From positions 22,145 to 86,144 of IMG/VR virus record IMGVR_UViG_3300046055_000032: a stretch of DNA of 64,000 nucleotides. The stretch is one strand, 5' to 3'. The notes under the pieces are model-generated. The model ran no database searches. It saw nothing but the letters and a program-made list of their open reading frames with translations, and had not been told where the DNA came from. Shown piece after piece: positions 9,498 through 18,550 of the stretch (its first letter is position 1; each line of letters starts with the position of its first letter). Source of the DNA: a virus (taxonomy: Duplodnaviria > Heunggongvirae > Uroviricota > Caudoviricetes). The translations under genes and the position numbers were made by a program.

Positions 9498-10059
9498 CTC
9501 CGAGGTTCCCGACCGAAAACGTTAACTGGTACACGTACTGGTCCACTTCGCCCGCGACTTCCGTGGATCGCAACTGGTTCACCATGCCCTCCCATTCGCG
9601 CGGGTTCTCGCTGCTGCTCCACTCAGGGTACCCGAGCTTGATGGGGCCGCTCGCGTAATCTTGATGCGCTTGATCCGCGACGAAGTCGTACAGCATGTCC
9701 CGCACGTCCCGGCCGAGCTGTTGCGAGGAAACCGTGCTGGTATCGCTGTCCCCGTCCCGTTGCGCGGGAATGTGCTCCCCGTTGCCGTCACCGTACGGGG
9801 CGTTCGAGAGGTCGGGATAATCCGCCGCCTCGGCCGTAAGGATGAAACCGCTGATTTGGATGCGCGGCTGCTGGCTGCCGAGGTTAATGATGAAGTTCGT
9901 GGCGGACTCGCCTGTCAACTCGGTTGAAGTGTTCCCAGGGATTTGCGGGTCGATGAGTCGTACTTCGAGCGTTGGTTTTAACCGTTCGGCGGACAGGAAC
10001 AAGTACTCGTTGTTGCCGGTGCCGTCGTGTTGGCGCCGCAAATAGAACGTTAGGGACAT
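9490..10059 (-). CDS. tail structural protein (distal tail/baseplate-like)
   Basis: 189 aa ORF between the tape-measure genes and the fibers. Confidence 0.5.
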   Translation of the reverse strand: MSLTFYLRRQHDGTGNNEYLFLSAERLKPTLEVRLIDPQIPGNTSTELTGESATNFIINLGSQQPRIQISGFILTAEAADYPDLSNAPYGDGNGEHIPAQRDGDSDTSTVSSQQLGRDVRDMLYDFVADQAHQDYASGPIKLGYPEWSSSENPREWEGMVNQLRSTEVAGEVDQYVYQLTFSVGNLGGG

Positions 10060-10065
10060 GATGAA

Positions 10066-11094
10066 TCAATGCGTTGGTTGGTGGTTGCCGGTGCTGATGC
10101 CCATGTCTTGAAGATCCTTGTCGCTGAGTGCACCGATGATGGGCAATCCCTCGCCGGGTTCTCCCATGTCCATGCCGTGGAATTTGCCGTCCTCCATGCT
10201 GGGCAGGAAGCTGAGGAAGCCGTCAGCGATGAACTCGCCGATCGTCATCCACGAGTCCTTGAACAGGACGATCACTTCCATGAACAGTTCGCCGAGCGAC
10301 TTGATGTAGTCCACCCACGTGTCCATGAACTCGGACGCGCCCTCCTGTAGGAAGTCCATGCTGTCGTCATCGATCAACTCGCGCTCGCCGCGAAGCTTCG
10401 CCAGCATACCTTCCACGATTTGCGTCCCGATCTCCATCAAGCCCGCGCTCATTTTCAGGAGACCGCCGATCAGGATGCTCGCGATCCCGACGCCCGCCTC
10501 CGGTCCGAAGAGGGCGCCGAGGATGCCACCCTCTTGACTAGACAGGTCGACGAGGAAGCGCGCCAGCTCTTGCATGGTTTCCATGAGCGGACGAATCACG
10601 GGCAGAAGCGAAATGAACAAGAGATCGCTGAAGAGGCCCAGGATGTCGCCGAGCAGCTTGAACACTTGCTTGAAACCTTCCCCGCTGAACAGTACGGCGA
10701 GCGCGCCGAACCCGGCCATCATGGCGCCGCCGCCTTTCTGGAACGCGCTGAACGCCGCCTCCATCATGCCCGCCTGCTCGCTGACCTGGTCAACTTTTTC
10801 CTGCTCCTCCTCGGGCGGCATCATGTCGAAGTTGTCGTACATGTCTTGCAAGGCGTCGCGGCTGGATTGGAACTCTTCCGCGAATTCGCCTTGCGGGAGA
10901 GCGCCCATCGCTTCCGAGATGCGCAGGGAGGCGTCGCTGATGAGTTCGGCGCCCTCCTGGAAGTCCTCCATCGCGGCCGTTAGTTCGGGTGCTTGATCCG
11001 CGAACTCGTCCAGTTTGTCCATTTCCGCGCGCGGTACGTCGAACTCGACGGCGCCCTGCAACGCGCCGAGGTTGAACTCGGGACCGTCAGCCAT
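10066..11094 (-). CDS. tape-measure-like protein, paralog 2
   Basis: Met/Ala/Leu/Gly-rich with hydrophobic helices; paralog of 11087..12250 (LAVLFSGEGFKQVFKLLGDILGLFSDLLFISLLPVIRPLMETMQELARFLVD vs LAVLLAGDGFQFLLRAFMDFAQLFSEFMFVALLPIVKRAAPVMQHLLDTIRD). Confidence 0.6.
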   Translation of the reverse strand: MADGPEFNLGALQGAVEFDVPRAEMDKLDEFADQAPELTAAMEDFQEGAELISDASLRISEAMGALPQGEFAEEFQSSRDALQDMYDNFDMMPPEEEQEKVDQVSEQAGMMEAAFSAFQKGGGAMMAGFGALAVLFSGEGFKQVFKLLGDILGLFSDLLFISLLPVIRPLMETMQELARFLVDLSSQEGGILGALFGPEAGVGIASILIGGLLKMSAGLMEIGTQIVEGMLAKLRGERELIDDDSMDFLQEGASEFMDTWVDYIKSLGELFMEVIVLFKDSWMTIGEFIADGFLSFLPSMEDGKFHGMDMGEPGEGLPIIGALSDKDLQDMGISTGNHQPTH

Positions 11095-12250
11095 TAATGA
11101 TGCCCTCCGATGGTTGCTGTCCGGTGTGACCGCTCACGGCTTGTCCTTTGTCTACCTGCCCAACGTAATCGTTCACGTCACCGGGAACGAGGTCGGGCGT
11201 CACGTGCCGTCGCACGTATTCGCCGATATGGTTCCAGGCGTCCTCTAACTCGATCATGGCTTGCATGAACACGTCCGCGAGATCGTACGAAGCGGACAGG
11301 AACGCGTTCGCGCTCTCGCGCAAGTACCGGAACGGGCGCTCCAACGTTTCGAGATCCTCCCGCATCCCCTCCAGCCCGTTCTGGATCTGCGCCGTGAGTT
11401 GGTCAACGATCCTCGTACCGATCTCCATAAAGCCCGTGGACAGTTTCAGGAACCCGGCAACGAGAACGGACCCCAGCTCGGTAAGTTTCTCGGGACTGGC
11501 ATCTTGGAGCCCGGGGCCGCCCATGATGTCCCGGATGGTGTCAAGGAGATGCTGCATGACGGGTGCCGCCCGCTTGACGATCGGCAGCAACGCCACGAAC
11601 ATGAACTCGCTGAACAGTTGCGCAAAGTCCATGAATGCGCGGAGCAGGAACTGGAACCCGTCCCCGGCCAACAGGACGGCCAACGCACCCAACATGCCCG
11701 TCAACGGGCCCGCCCCCTTCGCCAGTTTCGGGAACACGCGCTTCGCAACGCCTCGACCGGCAACGAACGTGTCCAACTTGTCCAGGACTTGATCCGACAA
11801 GCTCAGATCCTGCGTTTGGGCGTGATCCACGGCCTCGCGCGTCTTCGCCTCAGCGTTGGTCGCGTCCGTCGTTGCGTCCCGGAGCTGCTCCATGCCGTAC
11901 TCTGGCCGGAGCGCCATCGCTGCGGCATCCAGTTCTTGCGCGCCGCGCAAGAACGACGCGGACGCATCCTCGGTATCGCGTGCCGCGGCAGCTTTCTCCG
12001 TTAAGAGATCCAGCTCGAACGTTGGCGTTTGCATGTCAACGGTACCGCGGAACGTTCCGAGGTTCAAGTCGCTGGTCATCAGTTCACGAAGTTCTCGTAC
12101 TCGCGTTGCCGTTTCCGTTTCTCCATACGCCGCTCGCGCTCCTCCTTCTCCGCTTGCTGGAAACCGATGAAGTGCTTCATACGCCGGACGGGCATCCGTT
12201 CCGCCTCCTCGCGCGTGTAACGCAGCGCGTCCATCTTGATCAACATCCAT
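11087..12250 (-). CDS. tape-measure-like protein, paralog 1
   Basis: Lies immediately downstream of the chaperone frameshift cassette; coiled-coil and hydrophobic segments. Confidence 0.6.
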   Translation of the reverse strand: MDVDQDGRAALHARGGGTDARPAYEALHRFPASGEGGARAAYGETETATRVRELRELMTSDLNLGTFRGTVDMQTPTFELDLLTEKAAAARDTEDASASFLRGAQELDAAAMALRPEYGMEQLRDATTDATNAEAKTREAVDHAQTQDLSLSDQVLDKLDTFVAGRGVAKRVFPKLAKGAGPLTGMLGALAVLLAGDGFQFLLRAFMDFAQLFSEFMFVALLPIVKRAAPVMQHLLDTIRDIMGGPGLQDASPEKLTELGSVLVAGFLKLSTGFMEIGTRIVDQLTAQIQNGLEGMREDLETLERPFRYLRESANAFLSASYDLADVFMQAMIELEDAWNHIGEYVRRHVTPDLVPGDVNDYVGQVDKGQAVSGHTGQQPSEGIING

Positions 12251-12270
12251 TCCGTAAGGTTGCGCTGCAT
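12079..12270 (-). CDS. -1 frame extension ('T-like' part) of the tail assembly chaperone
   Basis: ORF in the -1 frame relative to 12306..12755; it is entered exactly by a -1 slip at A_AAA_AAG (12309-12315). Confidence 0.45.
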   Translation of the reverse strand: MQRNLTEWMLIKMDALRYTREEAERMPVRRMKHFIGFQQAEKEERERRMEKRKRQREYENFVN

Positions 12271-12305
12271 CCGAGGGTCAGGCTGCCGGTCTGCCCGTCC
12301 CAGTG

Positions 12306-12755
12306 CTACTTTTTTGCGTCCTGGACCTCCTGGTCAGTCGCGGACGCGCTTCGAACGGCGGCCGTGATGCCGGTCTCGTCCAGGATCTTGTCAGCGAGAT
12401 CGCCATCTTTCAGCATCTCCCAACCGATCGAGGGCGATTTGGGGAGGTTCCATTTCTTCACGACCCGCCGTACGAGTTCGCGCTCCATCACGCTCGGCAT
12501 GGTTCTTGGTTCGTCCGCGTTCGGGTTCTCCTCCATGTACGCGAGCGCCGCCTTCTCGGCGGCCTCGTACTTCATACCGCGCGTCACTTCGTAATGCCAA
12601 ACCTTGATCGTTTGGCCGCGATGCTCGAACTGCGCGAGCTGTGTTTCTTGCGAGGCGAAGAAGTCTTTCGGGTCCTCGACTTGCTCCTGCCGCTCCTGCT
12701 CGGGATCGGGGGCGTCGTCGTCACTCATACATACACTCCTTGAGCCGCTTTTCAC
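12306..12755 (-). CDS. tail assembly chaperone ('G-like'), ends AKK-TAG on the slippery heptamer
   Basis: Position between the major tail protein and the tape-measure genes; slippery site GCA AAA AAG TAG at its 3' end. Confidence 0.6.
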   Translation of the reverse strand: MKSGSRSVCMSDDDAPDPEQERQEQVEDPKDFFASQETQLAQFEHRGQTIKVWHYEVTRGMKYEAAEKAALAYMEENPNADEPRTMPSVMERELVRRVVKKWNLPKSPSIGWEMLKDGDLADKILDETGITAAVRSASATDQEVQDAKK

Positions 12756-12787
12756 ACGGCGTTAACCGCTGTCACGCGGCGTAACGG

Positions 12788-13906
12788 TTACAGGCTGTTA
12801 TACGCGGATTGGGTGTCGAGGCTGATGACGCGGATCTCGTGCGGGACGACGTCAACGCTCGTCACGACTTCGTCGCCGGTTTCGTTCCACGGGTGCGGTG
12901 ATGCTTGAATGTGACAGTCCTGGAACACGAAATGCAGTTCGTCGCTGCCGTCGGCGCGCTGGAAGGGGATGAGGATGTCACCTTGAACGCCGTCTTCGAG
13001 CAAGTCGTACGTGGCGTTACTGTCCTCGCTCGCGAGATGCGCGGCGGGAACGACGTCCATGCTGAGCGAGTACTCGGGCTGACTGGTCGTAAAGAACTTG
13101 ACTTTTTGAGCGTCGCCGGAATGCGTGAAGAATTGCGGTTTGAGGCCGTTGCGGATGCTCCAGTTGAAACTGTTCACGTGCGCGATCGTGCGTCCGTCCG
13201 AGCCGAGGTTGATGCCGAGATCGTCCTGGTCGTAGGATGGGGAAGAGTAATCGAAGCTCCCCATCATCTGGATGTTCGCGGCGCGGTCGTAGAACATGTA
13301 CGGGTTACCGGGATCGTTCGGGTTCGCGGCGTCACCGGGCTCGGGTTGCGACGGAAGCGTCGGGTTCGCGTCGTCGTGATCCTGGACTTCTTTCGCGCGG
13401 AAGCTCGTACTGACTTGCAGCTCGCCGCCCTCGCTAATGCTGACGGTCGCTTCCTCGACCGTGCAGCCCGTGAAGGTTCGCAGAAAGTCCGGGTTCCCTT
13501 CGAGGGGGGCTTTCAACGTGAAGCTGGGCAGTTTCGTTGCCTGGCTCGTCGTCGTGCCGGGGGGAGTGGGTCCTTTGTCGTCCGGCATGAGCGTGTGAGC
13601 GTTCTCGACACCTGACGGGGTATTGTTCGAGGACTCGAACGTTTCCGTCCCGAAAACGTACCAGAAGAACTCTCCGGTCGTGGGCAGGATGTCGAGCGTT
13701 GCGGGCCCGTACTCTTCCCGTCCCTCTTTGCTCTTGTACCGGCGGCGCCCGGCACCGAAACTGTTGTACTCTTTGACGTCCACGGCCTTGTCCGGGAGGT
13801 CAGCGTTCGCGTTCGTGATACCAAGAAAGCGGTCAGTAGTGGCTGCCGTCCCGAACGTGGCCTCTTGACCGTACGCGAGCCGTGTTTGGCTGCTAACCCA
13901 TACCAT
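12788..13906 (-). CDS. major tail (tube) protein
   Basis: 372 aa structural ORF immediately upstream of the chaperone and tape-measure genes. Confidence 0.5.
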   Translation of the reverse strand: MVWVSSQTRLAYGQEATFGTAATTDRFLGITNANADLPDKAVDVKEYNSFGAGRRRYKSKEGREEYGPATLDILPTTGEFFWYVFGTETFESSNNTPSGVENAHTLMPDDKGPTPPGTTTSQATKLPSFTLKAPLEGNPDFLRTFTGCTVEEATVSISEGGELQVSTSFRAKEVQDHDDANPTLPSQPEPGDAANPNDPGNPYMFYDRAANIQMMGSFDYSSPSYDQDDLGINLGSDGRTIAHVNSFNWSIRNGLKPQFFTHSGDAQKVKFFTTSQPEYSLSMDVVPAAHLASEDSNATYDLLEDGVQGDILIPFQRADGSDELHFVFQDCHIQASPHPWNETGDEVVTSVDVVPHEIRVISLDTQSAYNSL

Positions 13907-13957
13907 GCGGGCGGGGAGAGGCGCTTGTTCGCTCGGGATAAAGGTTCGGGGATTCTG

Positions 13958-14602
13958 TTACGCGCCGCCGGCAACGTACTCGCATTGATCGATGAACCCC
14001 GGCTCGTTCATGGACCAACCGACGCCGCCGCCCGCGAACGTCGTATCCGTCGCACTCACGGACCCGTACGATACGCCGTCCAAGTCGTAGACGGTGCACG
14101 TGATGGTGCCATCGTTCGCCCATCGAACCACGACCTCCAACCATTCGTCAGAGGGTGAGAGCGATCCCTCGTGAGTAGCCAGACTGGATGACGAGCCGCC
14201 GTCCGTTACGCTGAGCGTCATGGTCCTCGGAGTGGGGCCGCGCACCCCGAACTCGTATTGGTAATAGTTGCTCGCGTTTTGCATCCCGAAATAGAACAGG
14301 ACTTCCGTTGGTTGCGTGTTGGAGCCGCTCGTGTCCCGGTACGCGAAGAACCGGATCTTGTCTCCCTGCGACGGATAGCTCGGGAGACCACTGGTCGAGA
14401 AGATGACGTTCGAGCTGTTCGTGCTCTGCTCCAGGGATCGCTGCTCGGCGTACGGACGCGTCGTGCTGGCAGCCCACGAGCCCGTATCGCCAACGTACTC
14501 GCTGATGTTGCCGTCCTCCGCATCCTCGACCGTGACCCAATCGAAGCGCTCCGTCGCGGCGCGCAGCCCGCTGTCGCGCAATGTGCCGTCGTTGCTTGTC
14601 AT
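13958..14602 (-). CDS. tail/neck structural protein
   Basis: 214 aa Ser/Thr/Gly-rich ORF. Confidence 0.5.
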   Translation of the reverse strand: MTSNDGTLRDSGLRAATERFDWVTVEDAEDGNISEYVGDTGSWAASTTRPYAEQRSLEQSTNSSNVIFSTSGLPSYPSQGDKIRFFAYRDTSGSNTQPTEVLFYFGMQNASNYYQYEFGVRGPTPRTMTLSVTDGGSSSSLATHEGSLSPSDEWLEVVVRWANDGTITCTVYDLDGVSYGSVSATDTTFAGGGVGWSMNEPGFIDQCEYVAGGA

Positions 14603-14606
14603 CGTG

Positions 14607-15107
14607 TCACCGGTACGCTTGGTACGTTACGTTCGCTGCCGACGATGATTTGATCCACGTCACGCCGAACCCGTCGTCGTGAAACGTCGAGCGGGCCGTC
14701 GCGTAACCGTCGATGTTTGACCCGCTGTTGCTGGTCTCGATCAAGTACACGATGCGTTCGTCTCCCGTGAACGAGTGATGCCGTTCCGTGCCCCCGGAGT
14801 TGCAAGACATGCCCGTCACGACTTCTTTCGTGCCGCCGGCCTGGTCCGGGTCCCAGGTCGCGAGACCGCGACTGTAACCGAACGCGTTGTTCCCGTCGGG
14901 CCCGGACGAGTACTCGCTGCCGCGTGAACCCAAATGCAGGTTCGCGTAAAACAGGACGAGTGAGGGGCGGAACCCCAGCGAGATCGACGACGTGCTGGTC
15001 GAGAACGTTCCGGTAGCGTCAGCTTGTCCCGCGGGAAGTTGCTGCAACATGGTTACGCGATCGCTCGGTACAGCGTGAACACGTTCGGCGTGACGGTTGA
15101 CGACCAC
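14607..15107 (-). CDS. small tail protein, paralog of 15053..15508
   Basis: Shared PQLVLFYSNLH / PSLVLFYANLH and DDGF..W motifs; the start may be the internal MLQQL. Confidence 0.5.
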   Translation of the reverse strand: MVVNRHAERVHAVPSDRVTMLQQLPAGQADATGTFSTSTSSISLGFRPSLVLFYANLHLGSRGSEYSSGPDGNNAFGYSRGLATWDPDQAGGTKEVVTGMSCNSGGTERHHSFTGDERIVYLIETSNSGSNIDGYATARSTFHDDGFGVTWIKSSSAANVTYQAYR

Positions 15108-15508
15108 GACAACGAGAACCCGTCGTCGTTGAACGACGACACCGCCGCGCGAGCACGTCCTGTAACGTTCGATCCGGAGTTGTCCGTGTAGATGATGTAC
15201 ACGACTTCGCCATCGCCCACGTACGAGTGATGCTCGTCCGGGGAGTCAGAGCTGGCACTGACGCTGGACACGTGCTGTTCCCCGCTCGCGCTCCCGACCG
15301 CGCTGCCTTCACTGAACGCGAGACTGTTCGCGCCACCGCCAGCGTTCGCTCCGCTATTGTACTCTGCGTTGAACGAGTTCTGGTGCAAGTTACTGTAGAA
15401 CAGTACGAGCTGCGGCGCGAACCCGGTCGTGACGTTCGTCTGCGATTGCGTCACGTACCCGACGTCAACGTCACCGGTGATGTTCGAGCCCGTCCGGTTC
15501 GTGCCCAT
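15053..15508 (-). CDS. small tail protein, paralog of 14607..15107
   Basis: See 14607..15107. Confidence 0.5.
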   Translation of the reverse strand: MGTNRTGSNITGDVDVGYVTQSQTNVTTGFAPQLVLFYSNLHQNSFNAEYNSGANAGGGANSLAFSEGSAVGSASGEQHVSSVSASSDSPDEHHSYVGDGEVVYIIYTDNSGSNVTGRARAAVSSFNDDGFSLSWSSTVTPNVFTLYRAIA

Positions 15509-15834
15509 TAGTCGTCAACCTCCAGGCCCGTCATGTAATAGTCCTGTGAGGCGCCGCTCGTGTTCTCGATGCGGAGCCGGTGATTGTTGGATGCGGAAAC
15601 GACGAGCTGGTTCAGTTGGCTGTGCCATTCCCCAGCGAACGAGTCGATCTTCACGCTCACCTCGAACGTGCCGTCACCGTTCACGTCGGTTTCGCGGTAA
15701 ACGTTCGCGTCACCGGTACCGCCTAACTCGACGATTTCGGCGGCCCCAGTCTCACCGGAGGAGCCGTCGGCGGTAACGCTGTTCGTGTCCGCGATCTCGT
15801 TGCCAGTCACGTGGAACGTGTCGTTGAGGGCCAT
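15508..15834 (-). CDS. hypothetical structural protein (108 aa)
   Basis: 1-nt ATGA-style overlap with the downstream gene. Confidence 0.5.
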   Translation of the reverse strand: MALNDTFHVTGNEIADTNSVTADGSSGETGAAEIVELGGTGDANVYRETDVNGDGTFEVSVKIDSFAGEWHSQLNQLVVSASNNHRLRIENTSGASQDYYMTGLEVDD

Positions 15835-15836
15835 GG

Positions 15837-16037
15837 TTATGCTTGCTGGTTACCGACATTGCGTCGCGCCAACGCTTGCGCCGTTGACGTGCTGACGTTT
15901 GACCATTGCTCGATGCGCGTCGCGGCGAGATCGTTCCCGCGCCGAGCCAACAGTTGCGCCGCGGACAGATCACCGCCACCGCCACCACCACTGCTGCCAT
16001 CGACGAGAGCGATCCCGTCGAGCGGTGCGAGACTCAT
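15837..16037 (-). CDS. small Gly-rich protein
   Basis: 66 aa; GTGA overlap with the upstream gene. Confidence 0.4.
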   Translation of the reverse strand: MSLAPLDGIALVDGSSGGGGGGDLSAAQLLARRGNDLAATRIEQWSNVSTSTAQALARRNVGNQQA

Positions 16038-17431
16038 CCCGTCACCCCGTACGAGTACGCGACGACGTCCTGGCTCGCGCCGGAAGCGTTCGCGACGACG
16101 ACAGCGATGGTTTTGGCGCTACCGGTATTGTTCGTCCAGCTCCAGCCGGTGGTGTCGCGGTCGTGAATCGTGCTGCCGTCGCCGCTCAGGATCGTGGTTC
16201 GAGTGGTGGAGGTGCCGCCGCTGAGCGTAACGATCACGAGATCCACGCCGGCGGGAACGGCCGTCCCGTCCGGGTGCGTGAGGCCGGCTTTCGTGATGGT
16301 GACGTCGTCGCCGTCGGCGAGGCGGTCGATGACGAGCACGCCCTCGTTGCTGTCGGCGACGGTCCCGCTCTCGGTGGCGCGGATCATGTTTTGGAAGTCC
16401 GCGTCGAGCGTTGCGTCACTGTTGGCGCCGTCGTCCGTGAGGCTGAGGCCGGGGCCCGCGTTCAGGGTTCGCTCGTTCGCGAGATCCGTGGAGGCGGTGA
16501 GCGTAACGTACGGAGCGTCGTCGGGAGCGTGCGGGAGATCGCTGACGGCGACGTTGCGATGGTCAGCGTTCGCGTTATCGTACAGGAGGAGCTTGTCCGC
16601 GTCGCTGGTGCTCGTTTCGGTCGTTAGGCTGTCCACGTCAAGGTTCGCGGTGACGTTCCCCTCCGCGCTGCCGTCCGCGACACTGAGACCAGGGCCGCCG
16701 GCGAGGACGCGTTCCGCGGACAGGTCGTCGTTGCTGTTAACGGTCACGTACGGTGCGTCCGGGGGCGCGCCGCCGGGAAGGTTGTCTCCCGTAACTTTCC
16801 GGTGCTTTCCCTGCGAGCGGTCGTAAACGAGGAAAAAGTCGGCGGAACCGTCAACGGACGAGATCTCGGTGAGGCCGTTAACGTTCACGCTCACCGTGAC
16901 GTCGTTCCCCGCGCCGGCGTCGTTCAGATCCAGGACGGCGCCCGTGGCCAAGGACCGTTCGTTGTCGAGCGCACTGTCCGAGGCGAGGGCGACATAGCTG
17001 GGGGATGCGAGGCCGCTGAGGCGCGCTGCCACGGATGTCGCGTTGCCGCTGGGGTCCGTGCCCAGCTCCCCCTGAACGCTGATGAGTTCCTGGAGCGTAC
17101 GGTTGTGGAGATGCGCCGGGATGCGGATCTCGACCGCGTCCCCGGCTGCGTGACTCGCGGGTGGGCTACCGTCGACGCCGCGGGACGTTTGCGTGAACTC
17201 GTCCGCGACCGTGTCACGGGAAGTGTACTTGATGCGTTCATCGTTGATCGTGATGACGGCCTGGTCCGGCGCTTCCCCGACGCTCTCCTGGATGGGGATA
17301 ACGTCGTCCGTGCTCGTGACGTCCGCGGCGAGCGTTAACGTGATACGGTTCGAGAGCAGGCCCACGTCCCCGCGGGACAGTAACGTGCCCGGGTACCCGG
17401 CCGAGGGATCCCGGAAGCCCTCGCCAGTCAT
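16034..17431 (-). CDS. fiber-like protein with about three 45-50 aa tandem repeats
   Basis: Repeat units APYVTVNSNDDLSAERVLAGGPGLSVADG... / APYVTLTASTDLANERTLNAGPGLSLTDDG... / PSYVALASDSALDNERSLATGAVLDLNDAG... Confidence 0.6.
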   Translation of the reverse strand: MTGEGFRDPSAGYPGTLLSRGDVGLLSNRITLTLAADVTSTDDVIPIQESVGEAPDQAVITINDERIKYTSRDTVADEFTQTSRGVDGSPPASHAAGDAVEIRIPAHLHNRTLQELISVQGELGTDPSGNATSVAARLSGLASPSYVALASDSALDNERSLATGAVLDLNDAGAGNDVTVSVNVNGLTEISSVDGSADFFLVYDRSQGKHRKVTGDNLPGGAPPDAPYVTVNSNDDLSAERVLAGGPGLSVADGSAEGNVTANLDVDSLTTETSTSDADKLLLYDNANADHRNVAVSDLPHAPDDAPYVTLTASTDLANERTLNAGPGLSLTDDGANSDATLDADFQNMIRATESGTVADSNEGVLVIDRLADGDDVTITKAGLTHPDGTAVPAGVDLVIVTLSGGTSTTRTTILSGDGSTIHDRDTTGWSWTNNTGSAKTIAVVVANASGASQDVVAYSYGVTG

Positions 17432-17739
17432 CGGATCGTCACCTCGAAGCGGAGACTTTTTCGCTCGGTGCGGGTCCCGCTCGTCAGGTCCACGTCAGCG
17501 TCAACCGTGGCGCGGTACGTTCCATGCGCATCACCGGGCGCTTCCCAGTAGTAGACCCAAAGACCGGTTTTCTCTTCCGTCATGGCGTCAGCGTCAACGA
17601 TTTTCTCGCCGTCGGGATCGACAATGTCAATGGTGGGCGTACCGTCAACGTCCACCCGGTTACCGTCAGTGTCGGTGAATCGCGCGACGAGGTCGGCCGT
17701 GCTGCCCGGTTCAACGTTGTTCTGCGCGATGCTCGTCAT
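17428..17739 (-). CDS. hypothetical (103 aa), beta-rich
   Basis: ATGA overlap with the downstream gene. Confidence 0.5.
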   Translation of the reverse strand: MTSIAQNNVEPGSTADLVARFTDTDGNRVDVDGTPTIDIVDPDGEKIVDADAMTEEKTGLWVYYWEAPGDAHGTYRATVDADVDLTSGTRTERKSLRFEVTIR

Positions 17740-17984
17740 GGGGACCCTCGCAGGAAGACGTTAACGTTCACGGGCTCCGTGACGTTCTCGGTCGTGACGC
17801 TCGCGATCCCGTCCGCGGTAACGGACGCGTCCGGGACGAAGTCGTCCACGACGACCGTCTCACTGTCGACGTTTTCCGTGGCGCGGCGCCCACCTCGCCG
17901 CTCCAGCTCGATGTGCGTTGTGTCGCGGATCGACACGTCAACGGTAACGTTGTCGCGAAGGTAAACGGTCAGCGAGGACGTCAT
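17736..17984 (-). CDS. hypothetical (82 aa)
   Basis: Internal ATG (MTSSLTVYL) of track ORF 17736..18245, chosen for its ATGA overlap with 17981..18550. Confidence 0.4.
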   Translation of the reverse strand: MTSSLTVYLRDNVTVDVSIRDTTHIELERRGGRRATENVDSETVVVDDFVPDASVTADGIASVTTENVTEPVNVNVFLRGSP

Positions 17985-18550
17985 GCGGTCATCTCCCGGA
18001 ACCGCCAACGGATCTCTAACTCGGCTTGGCGCCGATACCATCCCTTCGAGATGGTATCGAAAACGTTGATGGTGCGCCATTGCATCCAGCTTCGGCCCGA
18101 AACGTTGTCCCGGTCCAGGTTCTCGAACGGGTCGTTGCGGTTGTTCTCGATGATGCGTCGCAGCTCCCCGATGAAACGGTTCGCGTGGGAGCGACTGTGA
18201 CGAGTAAACGTCTCGATCTGGAGCGTCATCCGCTCGTTCGTCCACTGGTGCGTGATGGTGACGGGTTCGCTCTGCTCGGGCAGGCTCCAGATCACGACCC
18301 AGTCGTTGTTGCGAAAGTTAACGCCTTTCGTGTGCTCCCCGAACTCGATGTTCGGTACCTTGCCGTCCGTGTTCTCGGGTTTCCACTCCTCGCGCAGCAT
18401 CGCGATGACGAGCGTGGGGACGTCCACGGCGACGCCGTCGCCGGCCGTCACGAACGCGTCGTTGCGCGTAACGTTCTCCTCTAACGTCGTCACAGGAGCG
18501 TCCACCTCTGGTGATCTTGACCCATGAACTCTCGCCAGCGCTCGTTCCAT
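17981..18550 (-). CDS. hypothetical structural protein (189 aa)
   Basis: ORF; overlaps the upstream gene's end. Confidence 0.5.
   Translation of the reverse strand: MERALARVHGSRSPEVDAPVTTLEENVTRNDAFVTAGDGVAVDVPTLVIAMLREEWKPENTDGKVPNIEFGEHTKGVNFRNNDWVVIWSLPEQSEPVTITHQWTNERMTLQIETFTRHSRSHANRFIGELRRIIENNRNDPFENLDRDNVSGRSWMQWRTINVFDTISKGWYRRQAELEIRWRFREMTA

Noticed and set aside
12788-13906. Possibility that the 372-aa ORF is the major capsid protein
   Set aside because: Its position immediately upstream of the frameshifting chaperone and tape-measure genes fits a major tail protein. The ORF at 25512..26774, directly after the protease and scaffold genes, fits the capsid position better.
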